Position numbers and translations under genes: made by a program
Assembly: GCA_963753435.1 (NCBI GenBank)
Contig: CAVWCF010000002.1
Location: forward strand, 1 to 64,000
Direction: 5' to 3'
DNA: 64,000 bases
From: an uncultured Actinomycetota bacterium
GTDB lineage: Bacteria; Actinomycetota; Actinomycetes; CAVWCF01
Notes under the pieces: generated by a model
The model's database searches: none
What the model was told of the DNA's origin: nothing
Seen by the model: only the letters and a program-made list of their open reading frames with translations
Part shown: piece by piece, positions 19,420 through 29,683 of the stretch
Layout of the letters: each line of letters starts with the position of its first letter
How positions within the stretch are numbered: the stretch's first letter is position 1

Positions 19420-20325
19420 ATGCGTGCGCAATTGTTGGTGTCCGAGGTCTCCACGGGCCTTCGGCGCAACCTGACCATGACGATCGCGGTCATCGTGACG
19501 GTCGCGATCTCCTTGACCTTGTTCGGCGCGGGCCTGTTGATCCGCGCCCAGGTCAACACCATGAAGGACTACTGGTACGACCGGGTCGAGGTCAGCGTCT
19601 TCCTCTGTGGCGCCGACTCCACCGCCCCCTCCTGCGCCGGTGGCGCGGTCACGGACGAGCAGCGCGACGAGATCGAAGCCGACCTGCGGGCCTTGCCGCA
19701 GGTGGAGGAGGTCTTCTACGAATCGCAGCAGGAGGCCTACGAGCGGTTCCAGGAGCAGTTCGCCGACTCCGCTATTGCCGAGAACGTGACTCCCGAGGCG
19801 CTACCGGAATCGTTCCGCGTCAAGTTGACCGATCCGACCCAGTACGCCGTGGTTGCGTCGGCGTTCGACGGCCGTCCGGGTGTCGAGTTGGTCCAGGACC
19901 AGCGCGCGATCCTGGACCGCTTCTTCCGAGTGCTCAACGGCTTCCAATTGGCTGCGTTGGTGGTGGCAGTCGTGCAGATCGCGGCCGCGGCCCTGCTCAT
20001 CTCCAACACCATCCGGGTTGCCGCGTTCAGCCGACGCCGGGAGACCGGGATCATGCGGCTGGTTGGCGCCTCCAACTTCTCCATCCAGGCCCCGTTCCTC
20101 TTGGAGGGCGCGATTGCGGGCCTGATCGGCGCGGTATTCGCCAGTAGCAGCCTGCTGCTGCTGCAGAAGTACTTCATCGAGAACCGGCTCCGGCCGTCCT
20201 TCCAGTTCACCGCCTTCATCGGCTGGAATCAGGTCTGGGCGGTCTGCGCGATCCTGCTGGTGGTGGGGGTCCTCTTGGCAGCCTTCGCCTCCTTTGTCAC
20301 ACTGCGTCGATACCTGAAGGTGTGA
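19420..20325 (+). CDS. ftsX: cell division permease FtsX
   Basis: GLRRNLTMT, LPESFRVKL, RRRETGIMRLVGAS, RRYLKV. Confidence 0.96.
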   Translation: MRAQLLVSEVSTGLRRNLTMTIAVIVTVAISLTLFGAGLLIRAQVNTMKDYWYDRVEVSVFLCGADSTAPSCAGGAVTDEQRDEIEADLRALPQVEEVFYESQQEAYERFQEQFADSAIAENVTPEALPESFRVKLTDPTQYAVVASAFDGRPGVELVQDQRAILDRFFRVLNGFQLAALVVAVVQIAAAALLISNTIRVAAFSRRRETGIMRLVGASNFSIQAPFLLEGAIAGLIGAVFASSSLLLLQKYFIENRLRPSFQFTAFIGWNQVWAVCAILLVVGVLLAAFASFVTLRRYLKV

Positions 20326-20344
20326 CCAAGGCGTGGGAGCTGCG

Positions 20345-21583
20345 ATGACGGGGAGGGTCCGCAGGCTTTCGGCTGCCGTCGTCGCCGCGGTCATGGTCGG
20401 CTCCCTCGGTCTGGTCCAGGTGCCGGCCCAGGCTGACCGTGAGGACGAGATCAAGTCCAAGATCGCCGACGCTGAGGCGGACCTGGAGCACGCGAGCGAG
20501 ACCTCAATCCAACTGGCGGCGCAACTGCGCGCCGCCGCGTCGGCGTTGCCGGCGGCCGAAGCGGCCGTACGCAGCACCGAGGCGCAGCTGCAGGCCGCCA
20601 GGGCCGAGTCGCAGCGGGCGACTGCTGCGGCCGCCGCTGCGGTTGCGGAGCAACGCCGTGCCGAGGCCGAGGTCGTCCGGGTCCTGCAAGAGATCGCCGA
20701 CACCGAAGAGGCCGTCGGCCTGATCGCGCGGCGCATGTATCAAGGCGGCGGCATTGACGCCCAGTGGGCGACGGTGCTGGAGGCCGGGGACCCTGCGGAG
20801 TTGGCCGAGCGGATCCAGGCGGTCAAGACTGTCGGCGACTCCACCGACGCTCGCCTTACCCGCTTGTCTTCCGACCAGATCCGACTCGAAGAGGCACAAG
20901 CGGCCGCGGCGGCGGCCGCGACAGCAGCCCAGGCCGAACGACAGAAGGCCGAGGAGCAGGAGGCCCTGGCCGACCAACTCGTCGATGACGCCAAGGCGGC
21001 CCGGAAACGGGCGGCGCAAGTTGTGGCTGACCGCGACGCGGCTTTGGCCGCGGCCGAGGAAGACGAAGCGGCCGAGCGGGCCCGCTTGGCCAAGTTGCAG
21101 GCTGCGCAGAAGCGTTTGGCCGAGGAGCTGGCTCGCCTTGCGGCGCAATCGGCCGGACCGGGCGCCGGAGTGGATGGCGAACTGGCGTGGCCGGCGGCCG
21201 GCGGGCTGAGCCAGGGTGTGGGGCCGCGGGTTCACCCCGTCTACGGGTACGCGTCTTGTCACACGGGGATCGACATCAGTTCCGGTTACGGCTCGGCCAT
21301 CAAGGCAGCTGCGGCGGGCACGGTCGCCCTGACGGCGTACTCGCCGGTCTGGGGCAACTACACATTGGTGTCGCACGGCGGCGGCCTGGTGACCATGTAC
21401 GGCCACCAGTCAGCCTTCAACGCCTCCCCGGGCGACAAGGTCGCGGCCAAGCAGGTCATCGGCTACGTGGGCTCGACCGGCTACTCCACGGGGCCGCACC
21501 TGCACTTCGAGGTGCACGTGAACGGCATTCCGTATAACCCAATGGGATGGTTCGGCGGGATCAAGGCGCCCGTCGTCTGCTGA
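20345..21583 (+). CDS. coiled-coil M23 peptidase (FtsEX-associated)
   Basis: Signal peptide, long Ala-rich coiled coil, HTGID and STGPHLHFEV motifs. Confidence 0.9.
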   Translation: MTGRVRRLSAAVVAAVMVGSLGLVQVPAQADREDEIKSKIADAEADLEHASETSIQLAAQLRAAASALPAAEAAVRSTEAQLQAARAESQRATAAAAAAVAEQRRAEAEVVRVLQEIADTEEAVGLIARRMYQGGGIDAQWATVLEAGDPAELAERIQAVKTVGDSTDARLTRLSSDQIRLEEAQAAAAAAATAAQAERQKAEEQEALADQLVDDAKAARKRAAQVVADRDAALAAAEEDEAAERARLAKLQAAQKRLAEELARLAAQSAGPGAGVDGELAWPAAGGLSQGVGPRVHPVYGYASCHTGIDISSGYGSAIKAAAAGTVALTAYSPVWGNYTLVSHGGGLVTMYGHQSAFNASPGDKVAAKQVIGYVGSTGYSTGPHLHFEVHVNGIPYNPMGWFGGIKAPVVC

Positions 21584-21603
21584 CGCCCACCTACACTTCG
21601 AAA

Positions 21604-22635
21604 ATGCTCGTCAACCAGCGTGCTCGTCGCGCCGCGAGCGGCACGCTGGTCCTGGCCCTTGTGAGCGCGGTGGCGTTCGCCCATCATCCGGGCGCCGGCG
21701 CTGCTGCGCCGGCCGCGGTCACAACCGCTGCACTTGGCGAGCCATACGTGGGCACCGGCGTGTGGTTGCGTCAGGACGAGGTCGGTCACGTGATCGTCGG
21801 ATCCGTATCGCCGGGGTCTGCGGCACTCAACGCCGGTGTGCGCGTGGGTGACGAGGTGCTGGCGGTGGACGGGATCGAGGTAGCCGGTGCCGAAGAAGCT
21901 GGTGTTGAAGTGACCGGCCGATTGACCGACGCCGCCGCGCGGCTGCGTGGACAGGCCGACACGGAGGTGCGCCTGCTGGTGCAGTCGGGGCCCGACCAGC
22001 GGGAAGTGACGCTGCGGCGAACCGTGCTACCGGCGTTCGTGGCGTCCACCGAGTTGATCCCCGGCGTGGTGATGCTGCGCATCCCGCAGTTCAGCCGTGG
22101 CATCGCAGCGGCGCTGGACGAAGCACTGCTTCGGCACCGCGACGCACGCGCCCTGGTCCTGGATCTGCGCAGCAACCCCGGCGGGCTGCTTGATGAGGCC
22201 GTTGCCGTCACCGACCGATTCCTGGACGACGGCCCGATAGTCCGAGTGATGCTCGACGGCGCGGAGGAGCGACCGTTCAACGCTGCAGCAGGTGGTGACC
22301 TGGACCGACCCCTCGTAGTCCTGGTGGACCGAGGGACCGCCAGTTCGGCCGAGGTGGTCACGGCGGCGTTGCAGGACCGTGGCCGGGCCGTTCTGGTCGG
22401 TTCGCAGACATACGGCAAGGGCACCGTGCAGGAGTCGGTGCTGCAGCCGGACGGGTCGAGAACAAGCCGGACTATCGGTCGGTACGTGACGCCGAATGGT
22501 TCGTACATCGACGGCAACGGGCTGGCCCCAGACGTAATGGTTGGGGCCGGTGCGGCAGCGCTGACTGCGGAGCAGCGTGCCTTGGACGTCGTCGTTTCGT
22601 TGACCGCCGCGCTCACGGCCGCCGGTGCCTCCTGA
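21604..22635 (+). CDS. S41 family C-terminal processing peptidase (PDZ)
   Basis: PDZ region, [20 protein letters not shown]. Confidence 0.88.
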   Translation: MLVNQRARRAASGTLVLALVSAVAFAHHPGAGAAAPAAVTTAALGEPYVGTGVWLRQDEVGHVIVGSVSPGSAALNAGVRVGDEVLAVDGIEVAGAEEAGVEVTGRLTDAAARLRGQADTEVRLLVQSGPDQREVTLRRTVLPAFVASTELIPGVVMLRIPQFSRGIAAALDEALLRHRDARALVLDLRSNPGGLLDEAVAVTDRFLDDGPIVRVMLDGAEERPFNAAAGGDLDRPLVVLVDRGTASSAEVVTAALQDRGRAVLVGSQTYGKGTVQESVLQPDGSRTSRTIGRYVTPNGSYIDGNGLAPDVMVGAGAAALTAEQRALDVVVSLTAALTAAGAS

Positions 22636-23108
22636 TGGTGCGTCCGCGCGGCAAGAGCACGATCGCCACCAATCGCAAGGCTCGCCACGACTACAGCGTC
22701 GAGGACACCTATGAGGCCGGTCTGGTGTTGACCGGAACCGAGGTGAAGTCGCTGCGTGCCGGCCGGGCCAGCCTCGTTGATGGTTATGCGACGGTGGACA
22801 ACGGCGAGGTCTGGCTGCACAACGTGCACATCCCCGAGTACGAGCAGGGGAACTGGACCAACCACGAGCCGCGACGCCCACGCAAACTGCTCCTGCGCAA
22901 GGACGAGATCCGGCGCCTCATCGGCAAGACGAAGCAGGGTGGCCTCACCCTGATTCCGCTGTCGTTGTACTTCAAGGACGGCTACGCCAAGGTCGAGATC
23001 GCCCTGGCGCGGGGCAAGCGCAGTTACGACAAGCGGCAGGACCTGGCCCGCAAGCAGGCGGACCGCGAGGCGCAGCGCGCGATTGCCAGGCGCGACCGCG
23101 GCGAATAG
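22635..23108 (+). CDS. smpB: SsrA-binding protein
   Basis: [24 protein letters not shown] tail. Confidence 0.98.
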   Translation: MVRPRGKSTIATNRKARHDYSVEDTYEAGLVLTGTEVKSLRAGRASLVDGYATVDNGEVWLHNVHIPEYEQGNWTNHEPRRPRKLLLRKDEIRRLIGKTKQGGLTLIPLSLYFKDGYAKVEIALARGKRSYDKRQDLARKQADREAQRAIARRDRGE

Positions 23109-23179
23109 CAGTGCTTACGGTCTGCTGAAGTTCTCCCGCTGAAACGGCTAACCCCGTTCTTGCCGCCTACCCTGGAGCG

Positions 23180-23878
23180 ATGCCGGGCATTCTTGTGGTG
23201 GACGACGACCCAACGGTCGCCGAGGTGGTTCTTGCCTACCTGCGGCGCGAGGGCCTGACCGGCGTGCACGCTGAGGATGGCCCCTCGGCGTTGGCAACCG
23301 CTGCGCAGATGGAGCCGGACCTGGTCGTGCTGGACCTGATGCTGCCCGGCATCGACGGCTTGGAGGTGTGCCGGCGGCTGCGGGCGCAGTGGCCGGACCT
23401 GCCGGTGGTGATGCTGACCGCGCTGGGGCAGGAGGATGACCGCGTTCTTGGGCTGGAAGTCGGCGCTGACGATTACGTGACCAAGCCGTTCAGCGCCCGC
23501 GAGTTGGTGCTGCGGATCCGCTCGGTGCTGCGCCGCAGCAGCGCCGAACCGGCTGACGACGCGTCCGCGAGCCTGGCGGACGGCACTTTGTCCCTGGATC
23601 TGACCGCGCACCGGGCCTGGCTGGACGGGGAGGAACTCAACCTCACCGGGCGGGAGTTCGACCTGCTGGCTCATCTGATGGCCCACCCCGGTCGGGCCTT
23701 TCGGCGCGACGAGTTGATGCGTGAGGTCTGGGGCTGGGACTACGGGGATCAATCGACTGTCACCGTCCACGTGCGGCGGCTGCGGGAGAAGATCGAACCG
23801 GACCCGTCGACGCCGGCGCGCCTGGTGACCGTCTGGGGTGTGGGGTATCGGTACGACCCGGTGACGGTGCCGGCATGA
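23180..23878 (+). CDS. OmpR-family response regulator
   Basis: [39 protein letters not shown]. Confidence 0.95.
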   Translation: MPGILVVDDDPTVAEVVLAYLRREGLTGVHAEDGPSALATAAQMEPDLVVLDLMLPGIDGLEVCRRLRAQWPDLPVVMLTALGQEDDRVLGLEVGADDYVTKPFSARELVLRIRSVLRRSSAEPADDASASLADGTLSLDLTAHRAWLDGEELNLTGREFDLLAHLMAHPGRAFRRDELMREVWGWDYGDQSTVTVHVRRLREKIEPDPSTPARLVTVWGVGYRYDPVTVPA

Positions 23879-24888
23879 CCGTAACCGGGGAAGCGGTCCT
23901 GTTGTCGGCCGGCACGGCCGCGCTCGTCGGTGCTGGTGGCGCCGTCATCGTGGCCGCCGTCGCCCGCAAGTCGCCGAGTTGGGCTGCCATCGTGGCCCCC
24001 CTGGTCGTGGTGCTGTCGGTGGCGGCCGGCGTGTACGCCAGCGGCCGGGCGATGTTCCTGTCCAAGGCCGATTCCGCGCTGGTCCTCTGGGTCCTCTTGG
24101 CGGCTGTTCCCGTGGCGTTGCTGTTCGGCGTGCTGATCGCCCGGCGGGTGCGCGCCTCCGAGCACGCCGCCGCCGAGTCGGCCGCAGCCAGGCAACGCGA
24201 CCAGCAGATAGAGGCCTCGCGCCGGGAAATGGTTGCCTGGGTCAGTCACGATCTGCGCACGCCCTTGGCGGGGCTGCGGGCGATGACTGAAGCGCTGGAG
24301 GACGGCGTGGCGACCGAACCGGATCGCTACTACGCCCAAATGCGAACTGAGGTGGATCGCCTGTCCGGGATGGTCGATGACCTGGCGGCGCTGTCCCGGT
24401 TGCAGTCCAGCACGCTGCGGTTGGCGTTGGAGCGGGTGAACCTCGCCGATCTGCTATCGGACACGTTGGCGTCGGCGGCGCCATTGGCGAATCGCCGCGG
24501 AGTGAAGCTGGCCGGCGCCGCCGAAGGGGCCATCCCGGCCGACGTTGATGCTCGTGAGGTCGGCCGGGCGTTGACGAACCTGATCGTGAACGCGGTTCGG
24601 CACACGCCGACTGACGGGTCCGTTCAGGTCATGGCTGGCGCTGATGACCGCGAGGCCGTCCTGACCGTGATTGACGCGTGCGGCGGGATTTCTGAGGACG
24701 ACCTGCAGCACGTCTTCGAACCTGGATGGCGCGGCACGGCGGCCCGAACGCCGGGTGCTGGTGAGGGTGCCGGTCTCGGCTTGGCCATCGTTCGTGGCGT
24801 CGCCGAGGCGCACGGCGGAACGGTCGCGGTGGCAAACGCGGACGGCGGCTGCCGCTTCGAACTGCGCATCCCGTTGGCCACTGGCTGA
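23875..24888 (+). CDS. sensor histidine kinase
   Basis: N-terminal TMs, SHDLRTPL H-box, NLIVNA N-box, GAGLGL G-box. Confidence 0.94.
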   Translation: MTVTGEAVLLSAGTAALVGAGGAVIVAAVARKSPSWAAIVAPLVVVLSVAAGVYASGRAMFLSKADSALVLWVLLAAVPVALLFGVLIARRVRASEHAAAESAAARQRDQQIEASRREMVAWVSHDLRTPLAGLRAMTEALEDGVATEPDRYYAQMRTEVDRLSGMVDDLAALSRLQSSTLRLALERVNLADLLSDTLASAAPLANRRGVKLAGAAEGAIPADVDAREVGRALTNLIVNAVRHTPTDGSVQVMAGADDREAVLTVIDACGGISEDDLQHVFEPGWRGTAARTPGAGEGAGLGLAIVRGVAEAHGGTVAVANADGGCRFELRIPLATG

Positions 24889-24966
24889 GGCCGAATCTGA
24901 TCGGAGTCTGGTGGTCTAGCGCCTGGAAGGTGCGCCGTTCACCGGGGTCGAGCCGACTGGCCTTCT

Positions 24967-25761
24967 CTAGGACTCGGGGATGAAGCCGGAGTCCAACTCC
25001 CAGGGGGCGATGGGGGAGTTCTCGATGATCCAGGTCTGCAATTCCTTGTCCAGCCCGGTGGCGATGAAGATGCCGACCAGGATGAAGACGGCACCCAGGC
25101 CGCGGCGGAACCAACCGTGCGGGTCGGCCAGCCACCGCGCGTTGCGCAGCAGACGCTGACCGAGCAGCGCAATGGCCAGGAGGGTTAGGCACAGGCCGAG
25201 CACGTACGCCAGCAGCAAGGCCAGCGCGCTGGCCCAGCCCTCCTGGGGCAGGACGGTGGCGATGACGTACCCGTACATCGGGCTGCATGAGGAGAACACC
25301 GGGCCCAGGGCCATGCCCGTGAGCACCTCGCCGGTCACCCCTTCTCGATCCTGCGCGGCCGACAGTCGGGCGCTGCTGCGCGCTTGCATCCCCAACCGGG
25401 CTGAGATCCGGTCCCAGACGTCGGGGAAAAGCGCCACCAGACCGAGCAGGATCAAGATGCCGCCGGCCAGGTAACTCCAGACTTCGGTGGGGATGCCCAG
25501 CAACGAGGTGGAGAACCGCAGCACCACGGTGAAAACGAAGATGGACACGCCCAGCGACCCGGTGATTACCAGGGCCCGGCGCAGCCCGGGGTCCATCCGC
25601 AGCCGGGTGCGAGTCGTGACTGTTCCGGCGGCGGGTTCGGCGGGGGTGCCGACACCTCCGGCCATGGAGCCGCCCACGATTACTGGCAGCATCGGCAGGA
25701 CGCAGGGCGCCAGCGTGGTCAGGACGCCGGCGACGAACGCGCCGAGCAGCAGTAGGGACAT
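24967..25761 (-). CDS. ccdA: CcdA/DsbD-like transmembrane thiol-disulfide transporter
   Basis: LAPCVLP and FSSCSP Cys motifs, ~6 TMs. Confidence 0.85.
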   Translation of the reverse strand: MSLLLLGAFVAGVLTTLAPCVLPMLPVIVGGSMAGGVGTPAEPAAGTVTTRTRLRMDPGLRRALVITGSLGVSIFVFTVVLRFSTSLLGIPTEVWSYLAGGILILLGLVALFPDVWDRISARLGMQARSSARLSAAQDREGVTGEVLTGMALGPVFSSCSPMYGYVIATVLPQEGWASALALLLAYVLGLCLTLLAIALLGQRLLRNARWLADPHGWFRRGLGAVFILVGIFIATGLDKELQTWIIENSPIAPWELDSGFIPES

Positions 25762-26261
25762 CAGACGAGCTTGTTGGAGATCTCGTCCGCGGTGTTGCTC
25801 CCGGTCCACTTGGTCAACTGCGTGCCGGATTCGTCCACCTGCACGAAGGTGTGCTGAACGGTGACCCCGTACTGCTGCTTCATGTCCGAGGAGGAGTCGT
25901 AGTCGACCTTGACGATGGTCAGGTCGTTCGGGATGGATGCCGGGTCGGCCTCGAGGTTCTTCTCCGCGCGCTGGCAGGTGGGGCACCAGGAAGCGTGGAA
26001 GAACAACACGACGTCGCCCTGGTCGAATGCGGCCTTGTCGGCGTTGTACTCGTCGTAGGTGACGTAGCCGGACTTCGCCGCTGCTGCTGGGGCCGCCGCG
26101 CTGGGAGCTGCCGCGCTGGTCTCCGGTGCCGGGGCGCTAGGGCTGGCGCTGGTAGCGGCCGGACTCGGCGTGGTCTGGGCGCTTTCCTCTGCGGTACTGC
26201 ATCCGGCTAGGGCCAGGCCGGCCACCGCGGCGAGTACGGCTAGGGATTGGGCGCGATGCAT
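25761..26261 (-). CDS. thioredoxin-like lipoprotein
   Basis: Lipobox LAGC, FHASWCPTC active site; stop overlaps ccdA start. Confidence 0.88.
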   Translation of the reverse strand: MHRAQSLAVLAAVAGLALAGCSTAEESAQTTPSPAATSASPSAPAPETSAAAPSAAAPAAAAKSGYVTYDEYNADKAAFDQGDVVLFFHASWCPTCQRAEKNLEADPASIPNDLTIVKVDYDSSSDMKQQYGVTVQHTFVQVDESGTQLTKWTGSNTADEISNKLV

Positions 26262-26330
26262 CGGGTCCTCCTGCGTCGAGTCAGTGCCCCTATTGCACCT
26301 GATGCACCGACCAAATGCCCACTCAGCGGG

Positions 26331-26348
26331 CTTACGGACCTGTTACGG
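26331..26348 (-). promoter_or_regulatory. 11-bp-spaced direct repeat (OmpR-family box candidate)
   Basis: Minus strand CCGTAAcaggtCCGTAAG ~70 nt upstream of the thioredoxin gene. Confidence 0.45.
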
Positions 26349-26756
26349 CTGATCAACTGGCGCGCTCAGCTCGGCCAGCAGTCCCTCAACCCGGGCCTTG
26401 ATGTCGTCGCGGACGCGACGCACGAACGGCAGGTCCTGGCCGGCCGGATCGTCCAGATCCCAGTCCTCATAGCGCTTGCCGGGGAAGACCGGGCAGGCGT
26501 CGCCGCACCCCATGGTGATGACGACGTCGGACTCCGCGACGGCTTGGGTGCTGAGCAGCGTCGGTACGGCCGCGGTGATGTCGATGCCTTCCTCGGCCAT
26601 GGCCGCTACCGCCATGGGGTTGATCGAGTCACCGGGTTCGGAGCCGGCTGAACGCACCTGCACGCGGCCGGCGCCGAGGGTTCGCAGGTAGCCGGCCGCC
26701 ATCTGCGAGCGGCCGGCGTTGTGCACACAGACGAAGAGGACGGTGGGCAGCGTCAC
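26343..26756 (-). CDS. arsC: arsenate reductase (LMW-PTP type)
   Basis: CVHNAGRSQMA P-loop, TMGCGDACP, WDLDDP. Confidence 0.92.
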   Translation of the reverse strand: MTLPTVLFVCVHNAGRSQMAAGYLRTLGAGRVQVRSAGSEPGDSINPMAVAAMAEEGIDITAAVPTLLSTQAVAESDVVITMGCGDACPVFPGKRYEDWDLDDPAGQDLPFVRRVRDDIKARVEGLLAELSAPVDQP

Positions 26757-27451
26757 TTGTTCTCCCGGGGGTAGAGGGCGGCGGCGAGTACGGCTCCGAT
26801 TGCGGCGCCTAGCAGTTGAAAAGCGATGAAGGCCGGGACGTCGTCCGGACTGATCCCGCTGAACGTGTCGGTGATGGCGCGGCCGACCGTTACGGCGGGG
26901 TTGGCGAACGAGGTCGACGAGGTGAACAGGTAGGCCGCGCCGATCCATGCCGGCACCAACAGGGGGAGGGCGCTGACTCGACCGGTGCGTTGGGCCACGC
27001 CGATCACGAACAGCAGCCCGGCGGTTGCGACCACTTCACCCAGCCACAGTCCGGCTCCGGTGCGTTGCGTGGCCGCGGACTGGATCACGGTCTGGCTGAA
27101 CATGAGATGCGCAAGTCCCGCTCCCGCCAGCGCGCCTGCGAACTGGGCCAGCAAGTAGCCGACTCCGGCTCGGATCGGGATCGCTCGCTGGGCCAGCGCG
27201 ACCGCTGTCACCGCCGGGTTGATGTGCGCCCCGGAGACGGGCAACAGAGCCCAGATCAGCACCCCGAGGCCCGCGACGGTGGCGACGTCGTTGATGAGCA
27301 ACTGCAGACCGACGTCGCTGGTCAGGTTGACGGCCATGATGCCGGAGCCGACGACGAACGTGACCAGCAAGCCCGTGCCCAGGAACTCCGCCCCCACTTG
27401 GCGGTTCATGGCAGCGCGCGTGGTCGGCGATTCCAGCGCGGTGTCGGTCAC
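26753..27451 (-). CDS. MIP/aquaporin family channel (AqpS-like arsenite channel)
   Basis: Two NPA boxes (HINPAVT, FANPAVT); coupled to arsC. Confidence 0.88.
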   Translation of the reverse strand: MTDTALESPTTRAAMNRQVGAEFLGTGLLVTFVVGSGIMAVNLTSDVGLQLLINDVATVAGLGVLIWALLPVSGAHINPAVTAVALAQRAIPIRAGVGYLLAQFAGALAGAGLAHLMFSQTVIQSAATQRTGAGLWLGEVVATAGLLFVIGVAQRTGRVSALPLLVPAWIGAAYLFTSSTSFANPAVTVGRAITDTFSGISPDDVPAFIAFQLLGAAIGAVLAAALYPRENK

Positions 27452-27462
27452 GATGTCCCCTA

Positions 27463-27513
27463 CGTTGATGGGTATCGATGCAAACAGTAGGGCAGCATTG
27501 ATGGATGTCGATG
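27463..27513. promoter_or_regulatory. two putative ArsR operator boxes
   Basis: CGTTGATGGGTATCGATG (27463-80) and CATTGATGGATGTCGATG (27496-513), imperfect palindromes between divergent aqp and arsR. Confidence 0.6.
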
Positions 27514-27526
27514 AAAGGGGGAGGTC

Positions 27527-27886
27527 GTGGCGGCGGAGTCTGAAGCACCCGTGATCGACCTGCTCACCGCGTGCGCGCCGCAGGGTCTGACCGCGCCGCT
27601 GTCCCGGGATCGAGCCTTCGACCTGGCCCACCTGCTCAAGGCGCTGGCCGACCCGGCGCGGTTGCGGTTGGTGTCGCTGATCCGCTCCGCACCGACCGGC
27701 GAAGCGTGTGTCTGCGATCTGACGGAGGCGCTCGGGCTCAGCCAGCCCACGGTCAGCCACCACCTCAAGGTCCTGGCCGAGGCCGGCCTACTCCAGCGGG
27801 AGCGTCGCGGCACTTGGGCTTGGTACTCCCTGGTTCCCGGGGTTCTGGATGGGCTGGGGGCGGTGCTTGGGGCCGAGCGCGCCTGA
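27527..27886 (+). CDS. arsR: ArsR/SmtB metalloregulator
   Basis: KALADPARL, EACVCDL, SQPTVSHHLK. Confidence 0.92.
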   Translation: MAAESEAPVIDLLTACAPQGLTAPLSRDRAFDLAHLLKALADPARLRLVSLIRSAPTGEACVCDLTEALGLSQPTVSHHLKVLAEAGLLQRERRGTWAWYSLVPGVLDGLGAVLGAERA

Positions 27887-27938
27887 AGCGGAATTCGGTG
27901 TCGCTGGCGGTCGTTACACTGGTCATACAACTGAACAG

Positions 27939-28304
27939 GGGGGTGAACGGTTTCGACTTCGTGTGTCGAATCAGGGGAAGCGGGCCGAGGACGGTGGTTC
28001 TGATCTCGCAAACCATGAGCCGCAAACCAATAAGTGCCGATTCCAATCGCACTGACTTCGCCCTCGCCGCCTGAGCGAGTGCCAAGTCCGTCAGTCCGGT
28101 AGTGCCTTCGCACCGGGTCCTGGCGTCGACTAGAAGGCTCACTGCTCGACCCGGTCACGGGGCCTAGCAGGACACCAAACAGTGACTGAGCCTGGCGGCA
28201 ACTTGCCTGCGTGATTGCCGGGGCTGAGAAATCCACAGCAGGCTGCGCCCGGAGAAGCCCTGTGCCGTCGCCGAAGGACGCGGGTTCGATTCCCGCCACC
28301 TCCA
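27939..28304 (+). ncRNA. ssrA: tmRNA (tag peptide ADSNRTDFALAA)
   Basis: 5' GGGGGTGAACGGTTTCGAC; G3-U70 acceptor stem with CACCTCC-A; T-arm GCGGGTTCGATTCCCGC; tag ORF 28036-28074; -10 TACACT at 27915. Confidence 0.97.
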
Positions 28305-28332
28305 CCCCCGCTGACTCATCTCGAGTCACGTA

Positions 28333-28369
28333 CATAGGGCGGCCCTCCGTGTCGGAGGGCCGCCCTATG
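28333..28369. terminator. terminator hairpin between convergent ssrA and downstream gene
   Basis: CATAGGGCGGCCCTCCG-tgt-CGGAGGGCCGCCCTATG perfect 17-bp stem. Confidence 0.8.
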
Positions 28370-28385
28370 CGGTTCATCGACTGGC

Positions 28386-28805
28386 TCAGCGCACCTTGCC
28401 CGCGACCGGGCACTGGAAGTCCGCCTGCGGAGCACGTGTCACGGAGATGTCGCCAGCCAGATGCGCAGCCGCGACCGCCTCGTCAGACGTGAGCAGATAG
28501 GGCTCGACGTTCCAGGCGATCAGATGTACCGCCCATTTGCCGCCCTGGTAGCCGGCGTCGCCGGGAGCCACGGCAGTCACGGCGAACTGGCCTTCGGCCT
28601 TCGCGTTCGGGAACGCGTAGATGGGGTCGGTTCCACGGCCCGGCATGGACGTCGGGGTTGCGACCGTCCGCACGGTCTCGCCGTCGTGGTACAGGGTGCC
28701 AAAGCCTGCTGTGGCATTCGGTGAGTCGGCGGCGGCGACGCCGACGCCGCCCACCATTGGGATTGCCAATGCTGCGGTTGCGAGTGCGAGCTTGATGCGT
28801 TGCAC
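28386..28805 (-). CDS. secreted hypothetical protein
   Basis: GGAGGA RBS, signal peptide ending AAA, YQGGKW and FQCPV motifs. Confidence 0.75.
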   Translation of the reverse strand: MQRIKLALATAALAIPMVGGVGVAAADSPNATAGFGTLYHDGETVRTVATPTSMPGRGTDPIYAFPNAKAEGQFAVTAVAPGDAGYQGGKWAVHLIAWNVEPYLLTSDEAVAAAHLAGDISVTRAPQADFQCPVAGKVR

Positions 28806-28932
28806 GATTCCTCCAGAGGAGTTAGGTGACGAGTTGACCTGACTTCCTCGACGCTAGGGAGGGCACCGGTAGTGCGGCCAGAACGAGACGGTGACGAGGT
28901 GCTTACCGATCAGTGACGCACTTGGGCAGCAG

Positions 28933-29598
28933 TCACATCCGTCGGCCGGCCGCTTCCAAGCCGTCAAGGATCACGTCGAGCCCGAATTCGAATGACGACC
29001 CGAAGGAGTAGCCGGGTCTGAGTACGTGCTCCGCGGTAAAGCGGGCAAAGGCGGGGTACTCGTCTGCAGGCAGCGATTCCAGGATCTGACTGGCCAGCCC
29101 GGCGATCTCCTCGCCGCCGCCGAAGGGGAGGTTGGCCTCCTGCAGCGCGAACCCGTAAACGAAACTGTCGAGAATCGCGTACGCATGTGCCGTCAACTGA
29201 AGTGGCAGGCCGCCGCCGATGAGGCAGGCCAGGACGGCTTCGTGGTGCCGCAGACTGGCCGGTCCCGGCGTCGTGCGCGATTCCATGTACGGCGGGGCCC
29301 AGGGGTGGCGCGATAGGACCTCGCGGGCCGACAGGCAGCGGATCCGCATCGCCGGCTTCCAGCCCAACTCCGCTGGGGGCAGTTCGATCTCGGCGAAGAC
29401 CCGGTCGACGATGCCGTTGAGTAGGTCTTCCTTGCCGGCGACGTGGTGATAGAGGGTCATCGGCTTCACGTCCAGGGACTCGGCCAGGCGACGAATGGTC
29501 AGCCGTTCGATCCCGAGGTCGTCGGCCAGGGAAATGGCCGCAGACATGACGCGATCGCGGGTCAATGGAGGTCTCTTGGCCTCGCTCATGTGTCCCAT
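28933..29598 (-). CDS. TetR family regulator (TetR_C domain)
   Basis: LTIRRLAESLDVKPMTLYHHV HTH; FEFGLDVILDGL. Confidence 0.92.
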   Translation of the reverse strand: MGHMSEAKRPPLTRDRVMSAAISLADDLGIERLTIRRLAESLDVKPMTLYHHVAGKEDLLNGIVDRVFAEIELPPAELGWKPAMRIRCLSAREVLSRHPWAPPYMESRTTPGPASLRHHEAVLACLIGGGLPLQLTAHAYAILDSFVYGFALQEANLPFGGGEEIAGLASQILESLPADEYPAFARFTAEHVLRPGYSFGSSFEFGLDVILDGLEAAGRRM

Positions 29599-29612
29599 CT
29601 CCCTCCAGGCGG

Positions 29613-29667
29613 TTGACATCTCGTACTTAGTACGAAACTGTACTCCAGAGCAAGCGTACTAAGTACG
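29613..29667. promoter_or_regulatory. TTGACA -35 plus two TetR operator palindromes
   Basis: TTGACA 29613-18; TCGTACT-T-AGTACGA 29621-35; CGTACT-A-AGTACG 29655-67. Confidence 0.75.
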
Positions 29668-29683
29668 ACACCTGGAGGAGACA

